Of a stretch of 32,000 nt of DNA, positions 23,924-32,000 are shown in pieces (the stretch's first letter is position 1; each line of letters starts with the position of its first letter). Below the pieces are notes generated by a model. It did not search any database. It worked only from the letters and a program-made list of their open reading frames with translations, and had not been told where the DNA came from. A program made the position numbers and the translations under genes. This DNA is from Candidatus Saccharimonadota bacterium (GTDB lineage Bacteria; Patescibacteriota; Patescibacteriia; 2-12-FULL-60-25): positions 510,001 through 542,000 of the forward strand of contig CP060222.1 of the NCBI GenBank assembly GCA_023898425.1. Reading direction: 5' to 3'.

Positions 23924-24976
23924 TTATAGACCTTTCATCATTTCGGTAGCAGAGATACCGATATCATTAAGGAGTCGCTCGTCCTCTAAAAGGATACCGG
24001 TACCTTTTACGATACAATTTGCCGTATCTTCTGCCACACGCACCGGTAAACCGGTACCGCGACTAATAGCCGTATCAAGACCGTGTAATAATGCTGTGCC
24101 ACCCGTTAAGACAATGCCGTGCTGCTGAATATCTGCCACAAGTTCTGGAGGCGTGATTTCAAGAATGGATTTTACCTGATCAACAATAGCTTTTACAGAA
24201 CGAGCTATAGCTTCACGAATTTGTGAGTCATTTACTTCGATCTCACGAGGCAAACCCGAGAGCAGATCGCGTCCGCGCATCTTCGCGGTCATGGGAGCTT
24301 CGAGCTCGACGGCAGAACCTATTTTCATTTTAATTTGTTCAGCAACACGTTCACCAAGAAGTAGGTTGAATACGTCACGTGCGTACTGAGTAATATTTTT
24401 GTTCAGCTCTTCACCTGCGATAGGGATGCTCTTGGACGTTACAATACCGTTCAGTGAAAGAACGGCGATCTCGGTTGAACCTGCCCCAAGATTCACGATC
24501 ATCTGGCCAACAGCTTCTCCAATATTGATCCCAGCACCTAAGGCGGCCGCGAGTGGCGCTTCTACCACCATTACATCACGTGCACCGGCGCTTGTTGCCG
24601 CATCACCTACGGCTTTGCGTTCTACCTCGGTAACATCGAGCGGAACACAAATAACAACGAGTGGACGCGGAATCGTTAACGACGTGTCTTCGTGTACTTT
24701 ATCAAAGAAGTATCGTAAGAGTTTTTCTGTCACCTCAAAGTCTGCAATAATACCTCGTTGCAAAGGACGGCTAACATGAATAGATGCCGGTGTCTTACCA
24801 ATCATCGCTAATGCCTGCTCACCTACCGCCATCACTTGGTTGGTTCTTTTGTTGATCGCCACAACGGATGGCTGCTGAATAACAATCCCCTGTCCTTTGA
24901 CAAAGACGCGTGTATTTTCTGTGCCAAGATCAATGCCGAGTTGCTTGGTGAGTCCTGAAAGAAATGAAAGCCACAT
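23924..24976 (-). CDS. mreB: rod shape-determining protein MreB (actin-like ATPase)
   Basis: Phosphate-1 motif GIDLGTENT, plus NLGAGSTEIAV and LTGGTALLHGL. The start is at the ATG at 24976; a GTG at 24985 is also possible. Confidence 0.95.
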   Translation of the reverse strand: MWLSFLSGLTKQLGIDLGTENTRVFVKGQGIVIQQPSVVAINKRTNQVMAVGEQALAMIGKTPASIHVSRPLQRGIIADFEVTEKLLRYFFDKVHEDTSLTIPRPLVVICVPLDVTEVERKAVGDAATSAGARDVMVVEAPLAAALGAGINIGEAVGQMIVNLGAGSTEIAVLSLNGIVTSKSIPIAGEELNKNITQYARDVFNLLLGERVAEQIKMKIGSAVELEAPMTAKMRGRDLLSGLPREIEVNDSQIREAIARSVKAIVDQVKSILEITPPELVADIQQHGIVLTGGTALLHGLDTAISRGTGLPVRVAEDTANCIVKGTGILLEDERLLNDIGISATEMMKGL

Positions 24977-25029
24977 ATGTCGCACATCTTAATAGGCCGT
25001 GAACAATCTGACCAATTATGTCAACGGGT

Positions 25030-25419
25030 TTAGCCTCGATGACCTTCGTCAATCAGTAATAAAAGATACTCAATCACACCAATAGCGGCGAGTAAAAAGA
25101 GAAAAATAGACCAACTTAGCCAATTTTGTGCAGATAGCACTAAAAGAATAACCGAAAACGCTGATAATAAAAGAGCATGACGAAAAGCAACCTTAACCTC
25201 ACGAAATGAGGCGTCCTCACGACGTCTTACCTTGACACGCCAAATCGTCCCGATAAAAGACAATGTTCCGAGTGCCGCAATAAAAACCGAGAGGTAAAAT
25301 GCGAGGAGACCAAAAATACCGGACTGATTCGGATCAACAAAAAAGAGCACCGATAGTAGGGTTGCCCAGGACAACAATGTTCCTAGCAAAAGGACAAACA
25401 AAAATGAACGAAAACTCAT
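25030..25419 (-). CDS. small membrane protein with four hydrophobic TM-like segments (129 aa)
   Basis: I started it at Met72 of the track ORF (MSFRSFLFVLLLGTLL...). That ATG overlaps the stop of the upstream DUF721 gene (ATGA at 25416-25419). The N-terminal 71 aa of the track ORF are read out of frame across that gene. Confidence 0.6.
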   Translation of the reverse strand: MSFRSFLFVLLLGTLLSWATLLSVLFFVDPNQSGIFGLLAFYLSVFIAALGTLSFIGTIWRVKVRRREDASFREVKVAFRHALLLSAFSVILLVLSAQNWLSWSIFLFLLAAIGVIEYLLLLIDEGHRG

Positions 25420-25733
25420 GGGAGCATTGTAAGGGATCCGTGCCTGATATTCAATGACAAGACGGCCTTCATCCCAACCATGCGGTTTATCTCGTTTCGT
25501 AAACGCATTTCGCTCACACGCAATTCTTGAACGGCCGCAGGAGCGGATGCATAAACCGTTAATTGACCTTCGGCAAAAGACTGAAACTGTACATAAGCAG
25601 CTTTTTCTTCTCCCCAAAGCTTTACGAGACAATCATGAGCCATCTGCAAAACCCGAGTCGCCTCAACTTTTTTGGCGACCTCTCGATTCATGATAGCGCC
25701 CGGAAGGATACGCCGTATTGGTTGCCATGCCAT
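25416..25733 (-). CDS. DUF721 / DciA-like protein (candidate replicative helicase loader)
   Basis: 105 aa. The pattern ...A.RVLQMAHDCLVKLWGEE....V...SF.EGQLTVYASAPAAVQELRVSEMRLRNEINRMVG...V..L.IR matches the DUF721 signature (W..ivG......t.p..l..g.L.v.v.s.aw..eL). Confidence 0.65.
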   Translation of the reverse strand: MAWQPIRRILPGAIMNREVAKKVEATRVLQMAHDCLVKLWGEEKAAYVQFQSFAEGQLTVYASAPAAVQELRVSEMRLRNEINRMVGMKAVLSLNIRHGSLTMLP

Positions 25734-25751
25734 AAGATGGTTCTACTATGG

Positions 25752-28736
25752 CTAAATAGCACGCTGATCGCAAATAGCTCTAAAGTCACAATGTTTACAG
25801 GTAAAGACGCTAGGCTTTGCCTGAAAGTCAGAGGTGGCTAAGTTTTCGATACGTTCGTTTAATGAATCGGCAAAATCTGTTTTCCCTGCCTCATCCAAGA
25901 CTTCTACATCAAGCTCTGACCAGTCTTGGATATAGCGATAGACCATACGGCTCACCTTGCCCCAACCTCGTTGTTCAAAGGCGCATTGATAGATATAGAG
26001 TTGTTCTTTTTCTTCTGCCGCTAATTTTGTTTTTGGATTACCTGTCTTATAATCGATAATCATAAAGGTTCCGTCGGGGAGCTTATCAATACGATCTATT
26101 TTACCCTTCATCGAGTAGGTGCCGAGCACCCAGGTAAAGTCCTGCTCCACGGCAAAAACATTAGGCACTTTTTCGTGGCAATCCTTCCAAAACTTTTCGA
26201 CAGCGCTTTGAGCTAATTCGTAATATTCATCATGTCGCTCACGTGAATCAAACCATTCGTCAATCCAACACTCGTCCACGAGTGCTTTTGCCTCCTCGAG
26301 TGTTACGAGAAATCCGTCTTTTTTAAGGCCAGCTGGCGTTGAGAAAAGATCTGCTTGCTGTGGCGAGGCGCGACGTGCATGTAACTCGAGCATATTTTGA
26401 AACATTAAATGGACGGCCTGACCAAAGCTCTTATGATGATTGCCAAATTTTGGGATACGATAAATATGCTCGTATTTATATTGCAGAGGACATGAGCGAA
26501 AAGCGGCGAGCTGCGTAAAGCTCACCCGTTTCTTTAATTCGTAATGCAACACGTCAGAGACAGGTTTTGGTTCTTCTGGCACTCTGAGACGATGTGCTGT
26601 CTTATCTAAAACCGTTTTTGGTATTTGAGCATCTAATCCAAGCTCGACCAAAAAGGCGGATGGTTTTTTTGCACGTGTCCCGCCATAGTTGGTTGCCCCG
26701 GTAAGATAAAGACCGTCTTTTGCACGAGTCACAGCAACATAAAAGAGACGGCGCTCTTCTTCGACATGATCTTGTGTTGTTGGTTTCTTTTCTGTCACGA
26801 GCCCTGCTGGTAATGGAAGGTCCTCGCTGCGAGCACGTGCCGGAAAGCGCTGATCAACCAGCGAAACAACAAAAACATAACGAAACTCTAACCCTTTAGA
26901 GGCGTGAATCGTCATGATTTTTACAAACTCTGGGCCAGTATCTGGATCAAATGGCAAGCTTCCCTCTTCTCCGGATTCCATTTCGACATGAAGTTCATCC
27001 AAAAAGCCTCGTAACGATGCATCAGCAGTAGCAATCTCATAACGCTTAATACGGTCAGCGAATGCCTGAAGATGCTGCAATTGCTCACGCTTCATATTGT
27101 CTGGATTCTTCATCACCATCTCGAGATATCCGGTGGCATCAAGCACGTGCTTTAAAGCAGCTATTGGTGAAAACTGACGTATATTTATTTGCAACTTTTC
27201 GACTCCATGAACCAAGCGCTTTAAGATTAAGCGCCCATCTTGAGAGATAAAGATGCGATCTGTTTTTTCTTCTTCGATGATCTCTGTCGGGTCTTCCATT
27301 GGTTGACGTGATGCGAGCAAGACGACTTGCCACAAGGCTCTCCCCTTACGTTTGGCATACATCATGAGACTAGCAAGGTCTTTACTCGAAATATTTACAC
27401 TGGGCATCTTTAAAACCCTCCAAACAGCCGATGGCTCATGATAGCCGTCTAACAAAGACATGTAGGCCACAAGATCTAAAACAATCGGCTTAGTATAAAG
27501 ACCGCGTAACGCTAAAAATTGATATGGGACCGCTGTTTGATCGAGTGCCTGCACAAATGGTTCGGCTCCATCATTTGAACGCGTCAAAATAACAAAGTCG
27601 TTCCAAGTTACCGTTGGATCCATCGATTTAATGCGCTGGATTTCTTTGGCGACTTTTTCTGCCTCATCCTCCACGGAATGCTCCCAAAATAACTGCACGA
27701 CACCGCCTTCACCGCGTGCCGGGATTAACTCTTTTGTGAGTCCCAGATCAGCTAGCTGAACCTCAAGGCGATGTGGGTTATTTTGCTGGATACTTTGATA
27801 GGCCGTTTTTAAAATCTCCCCATAAGAACGGTAGTTCTCTTTCAGAACAATTGTACGCGCCTCCGGAAAATCCGCGCGAAACTTTAGAATATTTGCGAGC
27901 GATGCCCCGCGAAACTTGTAAATCGCTTGATCATCATCACCGACAACCGTAATAGCCTGATCATCTCGTAATAACATTCTTACGAGCTCATACTGCGACG
28001 TATTTGTGTCCTGGTATTCATCAATCAAGACATGCGCAAATTGTTCTTGGTATTGTCTCAAGACTGCTTTACGCTCTGTAAATAAGCGTCGTGTTTGCAT
28101 CAATAAATCAGCAAAGTCCATTGCACCCTCTTCACGCAAGAGGCGCTCATAGACTTCGTACACTGCCGCGATCTCTAATAATCGCGCACGTTCTTCCTCC
28201 ATCACATCCTCTTCACATTCAAGCTTGGCTGTTTCTGCAAAGGCCTTATACATCTCTGGCGTTATACCTTCGTCTTTGGCGCGGGAGATATGCGAAAGAA
28301 TGGCACGCAAAAAACGCACAGGGTTACCGAGAGGTCGATAGTAATTGAGCGGCAACTCGTCTACATGACGCTTAAGCATGAGCCAAGCGTCAGTTTCAGT
28401 AAGTAAACGAAAACGATTTGGTAAGCCAATTTCTAACGCATGACGTTCAAGAATGCGCTGACAAAATCCATGAAAGGTCGCAATCCAAAAATCATAAGTA
28501 CCCGTCTCAAGCTTTGTGACGACACGATCCTCCATTTCTCCGGCGGCTTTTTTCGGTAAAGGTGAGGGCGAGAATGCGCTCAGTATTTTTGTCATTTTTT
28601 CAAATAGGTGAAGATAACGATCTACAAGAACCGTTGTCTTTCCTGTGCCTGCCCCAGCCACTATCAAAAGCGGACCCTCTTCATGAAGAACAGCTTCACG
28701 TTGCGCATCATTCAATCGTTCGAGATCAAGATTCAT
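25752..28736 (-). CDS. UvrD/PcrA-type superfamily 1 helicase fused to a C-terminal Cas4/AddB-type PD-(D/E)XK nuclease with a four-Cys cluster
   Basis: Walker A motif AGAGTGKTT, motif II IDEYQDTN, and motifs V/VI (TIHASKGLEF, VAVTRAK). The C-terminus carries C-x(n)-CxxCxxxxC (CPLQY...FTCKHCDFRAIC) with IDRID, IIDYKTG and QLYIYQ. Motif Ia is scrambled by a compensated frameshift (see findings). The start is at the ATG at 28736. Confidence 0.9.
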   Translation of the reverse strand: MNLDLERLNDAQREAVLHEEGPLLIVAGAGTGKTTVLVDRYLHLFEKMTKILSAFSPSPLPKKAAGEMEDRVVTKLETGTYDFWIATFHGFCQRILERHALEIGLPNRFRLLTETDAWLMLKRHVDELPLNYYRPLGNPVRFLRAILSHISRAKDEGITPEMYKAFAETAKLECEEDVMEEERARLLEIAAVYEVYERLLREEGAMDFADLLMQTRRLFTERKAVLRQYQEQFAHVLIDEYQDTNTSQYELVRMLLRDDQAITVVGDDDQAIYKFRGASLANILKFRADFPEARTIVLKENYRSYGEILKTAYQSIQQNNPHRLEVQLADLGLTKELIPARGEGGVVQLFWEHSVEDEAEKVAKEIQRIKSMDPTVTWNDFVILTRSNDGAEPFVQALDQTAVPYQFLALRGLYTKPIVLDLVAYMSLLDGYHEPSAVWRVLKMPSVNISSKDLASLMMYAKRKGRALWQVVLLASRQPMEDPTEIIEEEKTDRIFISQDGRLILKRLVHGVEKLQINIRQFSPIAALKHVLDATGYLEMVMKNPDNMKREQLQHLQAFADRIKRYEIATADASLRGFLDELHVEMESGEEGSLPFDPDTGPEFVKIMTIHASKGLEFRYVFVVSLVDQRFPARARSEDLPLPAGLVTEKKPTTQDHVEEERRLFYVAVTRAKDGLYLTGATNYGGTRAKKPSAFLVELGLDAQIPKTVLDKTAHRLRVPEEPKPVSDVLHYELKKRVSFTQLAAFRSCPLQYKYEHIYRIPKFGNHHKSFGQAVHLMFQNMLELHARRASPQQADLFSTPAGLKKDGFLVTLEEAKALVDECWIDEWFDSRERHDEYYELAQSAVEKFWKDCHEKVPNVFAVEQDFTWVLGTYSMKGKIDRIDKLPDGTFMIIDYKTGNPKTKLAAEEKEQLYIYQCAFEQRGWGKVSRMVYRYIQDWSELDVEVLDEAGKTDFADSLNERIENLATSDFQAKPSVFTCKHCDFRAICDQRAI

Positions 28737-28780
28737 GTGCAGAATATGCCAGTTAGGTAATGGCTCGTCCACTCTTATTT

Positions 28781-28813
28781 AAGAACGAAAAAACCGCGTT
28801 CAAAAACGCGGTT
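28781..28813 (-). terminator. intrinsic terminator after the 28813-29407 gene (minus strand)
   Basis: Stem aaccgcg (28792-28798) pairs with cgcggtt (28807-28813). The A run on the plus strand 5' of the stem reads as UUUUCGUUCUU after the stem on the minus strand. Confidence 0.6.
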
Positions 28814-29407
28814 CAGTAGAAAACAGGGGTCTTAATAGTTGTTTTTACGAAGATAAACCACTCGCCAAGTCCCCAGATTCGTTTTTCGGGAGTAAGCCTC
28901 AGGCGATAGATATACTTGTCCTGGGCTTGAACAAACTCTGCAGAACACGTGAGGATATGCATTTTATGCTCGATATACACGGTTGAGCCAAAACAAATCA
29001 ACTCTTCTTGTGTGTGCCAACGTCCGTGAGATTGCAGTGTTTTCCACTTAGGATCTTTTACCTGCTCATTGCGATACTCGATATATCGACACATCTCAGC
29101 GAGATTGGCTGGACAAAAGCCTTGACCTTGCTGTTCATAAAGCACCTGGTCTGTTGAAAACATCTTACGTTCAGGTTGACGAAAGACCTTATACTCAACC
29201 ATCCCTTTTGTGGAACGTTGCCGATCTCGCGTTGGATGCTCAATCAAGTTCTTTGACTCCCTCAAGACTGGGTCGATACCCCATTGAAGATCTCGTCGAG
29301 TTTTTGAGGGATCGATATTCGCTGGGATGTACTTTGAGTTCTGCGATATCAAGATCTTTGAGCATCTGCTGTACATGACGATCGAGCGCATTGTTAATCG
29401 AATCCAC
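28813..29407 (-). CDS. hypothetical protein; the 5' part is ambiguous (possible frameshift, or two genes)
   Basis: The long ORF ends at 28813. The best start signal is GGAGG (29417-29413) followed 5 nt later by the GTG at 29407, but that is in another frame which closes at 29240 after 55 aa. The frames can be joined at the T5 run at 29301-29305. Alternatively the long frame starts at the ATG at 29202 (MVEYKVF...). Confidence 0.4.
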
Positions 29408-29456
29408 GTTGACCTCCGTTGGTAATGAGCTGGCAGAAACTTAATAGATATTTTAA

Positions 29457-29475
29457 TAGGCGTCAATGACGCCTA
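29457..29475. other. 19-bp perfect inverted repeat overlapping the tgt stop codon
   Basis: TAGGCGTCA-A-TGACGCCTA. There is no clear U tract on either strand. Confidence 0.4.
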
Positions 29476-30577
29476 TTTTCTTAACTCTTCCATCAAGCGC
29501 AAATAAAACCTTAGATTCATCATCGTTGCTAAGCGTTGACCAAGCATTTCGTCGACCGTAAACAAGTGACGTAAATACCCCATTGTATAGCGAGAGAGCT
29601 CTTCGTCGACCGGTGTATGAATATCGTCTTTTTCTACGAGTGGCTGTTTTGAATCCTTCCATTTGGCATTATGGATATTGGCGACTTCGTAAAAATCTCG
29701 CTGAGTAAGATCTGTACTCTTCTTTAGATAGATCGATCCATGTCTAGCATTACGCGTTGGGAGCACACAATCAAACATATCAATACCTCGCGCTGTGTAT
29801 CCAACGATCTCATGTGGTTGCGCACCACCCATAAAGTAACGTGGCTTATCCTTTGGCAAGATTTCATCAAGAGCTTCTAGAACTTTACATGCTTCTTCGA
29901 ATGGCTCCCCAACAGAAAGACCGCCAATAGCATATCCATCAAACCCAATCTCCATCAACTCTTTGGCACTTCTGATACGTAAATCAATATCTGTGCCACC
30001 CTGAATAATACCAAAAAGCTTAGCACCTGGATTTAATGAGCCTTCGCGCGTTTTTTTCGAATTGTTCTTTTGAACGTTTTGCCCAACGCGTGGTCAGCTC
30101 TAATGCTTCGATAAGTTTTTCGCGTGTTGCAGGTAACTCCGTGCAAACATCTAGCACCATCACGATATCACTACCGATGGTACGCTGAATATCCATACAG
30201 AGCTCAGGCGTGAGCATCATCTTGGCGCCATCAATATGCGATTGAAACTTTACACCTTCTTCAGTGAGCTTACGAAGACCTTTTAAACTAAAGACCTGAA
30301 AGCCACCAGAATCGGTTAAGAGCGCTCCGTTCCAGTTCATAAAGCTATGCAGCCCTCCCATCTCCTTCATGATCTCCATGCCCGGTCGTAGCCACAAATG
30401 GTAGGTATTAGAAAGAAGGATAGGTGAGCCAAGTCGTTCAATATCAAAAGATGAAAGTGTTTTTACCGCGCCCTTGGTGGCGATAGGCATGAAAAACGGC
30501 GTCGCTAAATCTGCATGCGGGACTTTTTAGCATGCCCGTTCTCCCCTGTTTGGTTCGTCCAAATAATTCAAAACTCA
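29473..30577 (-). pseudogene. tgt: queuine tRNA-ribosyltransferase, two frameshifts
   Basis: There are three in-order pieces. The first is MSFELFGRTKQGRTGMLK. The second is PHADLATPFFMPIATKGAVK...LTDSGGFQVFSL...EQFEK. The third is EGSLNPGAKLFGIIQGGTDIDLR...GYAIGGLSVGE...PRYFMGGAQP...DCVLPTRNARHG. The junctions fall at the T5 run at 30524-30528 (one base too many) and the T7 run at 30051-30057 (one base too few). Confidence 0.85.
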
Positions 30578-31255
30578 TATGTATGCTATTTCGGAATATA
30601 CTTTTTAATGCTGGCACTCTACGCAGAATCAAGATCGTGGCCAATAATGCAATCGCGAGAGATGCTAATAGCAATTTACCAGCAGGGTTAAGGACCGCCT
30701 CACCCAGAAGGGTAAACACAATCGTTGCCGGCAGTGTACCCACAAAGGTCGCCATAAGAAATGTTTTAAAGGGCATCCGCGTAAGCCCCGAACCAAGACT
30801 CACAAAATCAGAAGGCACAAATAATAACCGCATCAACATCACCGGGATAAATCCTTCTGCTGTAAGAAGATGGTCAAGTTCTTTTACCCAGCCTTTTTCT
30901 TTTTCTTGCACAAAGTGCTGACCAAAAAAAAAACGCGCTAAACCAAATGAAATCCAAGCGGTAAGATTTACACCAAAGACGGCTATCAATAAACCAAGCC
31001 ATGGACCAAATAATGCACCAGATACGATGGCAAAACCCGTTGTTGGAAAAGGTAACAATAGTTGATACAGCATAAACTCCCGTCATCATAACTGGACCCC
31101 AAGCTCCAGATCTGATGAATGACTGATCTGGATAAGATTTGCGAGATCTCGAAAGAGAGTCCTTGCACCGTCATAAATAGATACATCAACCCAAGAATCA
31201 CGAGATAGATGCCAAGGACAGCTAATTTTACATAATGTTCGCGTTTAGACTCCAT
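30574..31255 (-). pseudogene. DedA/TVP38 (SNARE-associated) family membrane protein, at least 3 frameshifts
   Basis: MESKREHYVKLAVLGIYLVILGL... / ..FIRSGAWGPVMMTGVYAVSTIVTF / PTTGFAIVSGALFGPWLGLLIAVFGVNLTAWISFGLARFF... lie in three different frames. The last frame runs without a stop into the tgt N-terminus. Removing one base from the run at 30602-30606 restores a TGA that overlaps the tgt ATG (ATGA). Confidence 0.7.
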
Positions 31256-31256
31256 A

Positions 31257-32000
31257 TTACAATTGGTCTTTTTTATCTTTCATATAATAAAACCATTCTT
31301 CTAGTGCCTGCAAGAAAATCTTGAATGGAGCCTCAAGCACAACATCAAAAAGAATACGATCACATTAAACCTCGAAACGGTTTCGGAGAGAAAACGACCC
31401 ACTTTCAAAACAGGCAACGAAAAGAAGTCGATAATCAAACCACCGACACCCGTTTGCTTTTCATAGGCAACATACTCTTTTGAGGCTAATCGTAAACGAT
31501 ACGCAAAGAAACTCACGACACATAAAAAGAATACAAATACTGCCATACTAATCCAGGTATAACCGATGAGTGACAGGAGCCAGAAAATCAAACCAAAAGA
31601 AACGACAAACATAAAGATATAGCCCAAGGCTAACATCGTGGCACCAAACGTTGAGTAGTGACGTTTACCGCGTAGCTCTATCGCCGTAATGCCCTCGATA
31701 CTCAATAACTCTTCAACGCCGTTTACAATACGTGTGACATTTTCTTTAACGGGCGGACGAATCATCGCACCTACAATAATCATAAGTACCGGTGGAAACA
31801 GCATATTGATAAGCAGTGCTTGTACATGAGGCTTACCGTAAAGTGCAATTTCAATTGGATACTCGAGCACCGCTGCAAAAAGCATCTTTGTTAAAAAGAG
31901 ATAGATAATCGCTCTTACAATACCTCGAGATAAACGACGCTTCGAATCTTGAATACGTACTTCTGCAACACGTTCAATCGCCTTCTTTAAGGCACTTGGA
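31257..32000 (-). pseudogene. polytopic membrane protein of unknown function (5' end outside the window), frameshift near the 3' end
   Basis: The frame is open from the window edge. The track ORF ends at 31301. Adding one base to the A5 run at 31347-31351 gives a clean C-terminus, ...FFLDVVLEAPFKIFLQALEEWFYYMKDKKDQL*, which stops at 31257, one nt before the next ATG. Confidence 0.5.

Noticed and set aside
25420-25632. The N-terminal 71 aa of track ORF 25030-25632.
   Set aside because: This part overlaps the DUF721 gene in another frame and is Arg/Cys-rich nonsense. The hydrophobic protein starts at the ATG at 25419, which overlaps the DUF721 stop.
30444-31073. A single 209-aa ORF taken as one gene.
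   Set aside because: It is a chimera. Residues 1-165 are the DedA/TVP38 core, and the last 44 aa are the tgt N-terminus (MSFELFGRTKQGRTG...) followed by out-of-frame tgt sequence. It was created by indels that removed the stop codon between the two genes.
1-32000. An alternative genetic code (UGA or UAG reassignment) as the explanation for the broken genes.
   Set aside because: The breaks are true changes of reading frame, not in-frame stops. Long core genes are intact under code 11 and terminate with TAA, TAG and TGA.

Overview
The window is about 45% GC and comes from a compact bacterial chromosome. I found no rRNA, tRNA, CRISPR array, transposase or integrase.

Gene content, left to right:
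- Plus strand: a membrane protein (3' part only), a membrane-anchored clan-A glycoside hydrolase, typA/bipA and a DEDD exonuclease.
- Plus strand: a class I ribonucleotide reductase operon (a stand-alone NrdJ-C-terminal/TSCPD protein, then nrdB, then nrdA). It sits behind a DnaA box, two NrdR boxes and a structured leader.
- A roughly 390-nt unit running from a promoter to a terminator with no credible ORF, which I call a candidate ncRNA.
- A pentapeptide-repeat gene bracketed by two hairpin copies whose arms are swapped.
- Minus strand: a 122-aa hypothetical protein and a hyperacidic 107-aa protein.
- rmuC.
- A block of frameshifted genes: sanA, mscL, and an ABC ATPase with its ABC-2 permease.
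- A small AT-rich island holding a gene for a small basic protein.
- A 10.5-kb co-directional minus-strand cluster: mreB-mreC-mreD-mrdA-greA-lysS-serS-alr-ddl-ftsQ.
- A DUF721/DciA-like gene translationally coupled to a small membrane protein gene.
- A UvrD-type helicase fused to a Cas4/AddB-type nuclease.
- A second frameshifted block: a hypothetical gene, tgt, a DedA/TVP38 gene and a membrane protein gene.

Main points worth a second look:
1. The arm-swapped (attL/attR-like) hairpins around the pentapeptide-repeat gene.
2. The orphan structured-RNA candidate.
3. About 17 single-base frameshifts, mostly at short homopolymer runs, confined to two blocks of accessory genes while about 20 kb of housekeeping genes stay intact.
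4. A compensated double frameshift that erases helicase motif Ia.
5. The unusual composition and leader of the RNR operon.

All functional calls rest on motifs I recognised by eye in the supplied translations. No database search was run.
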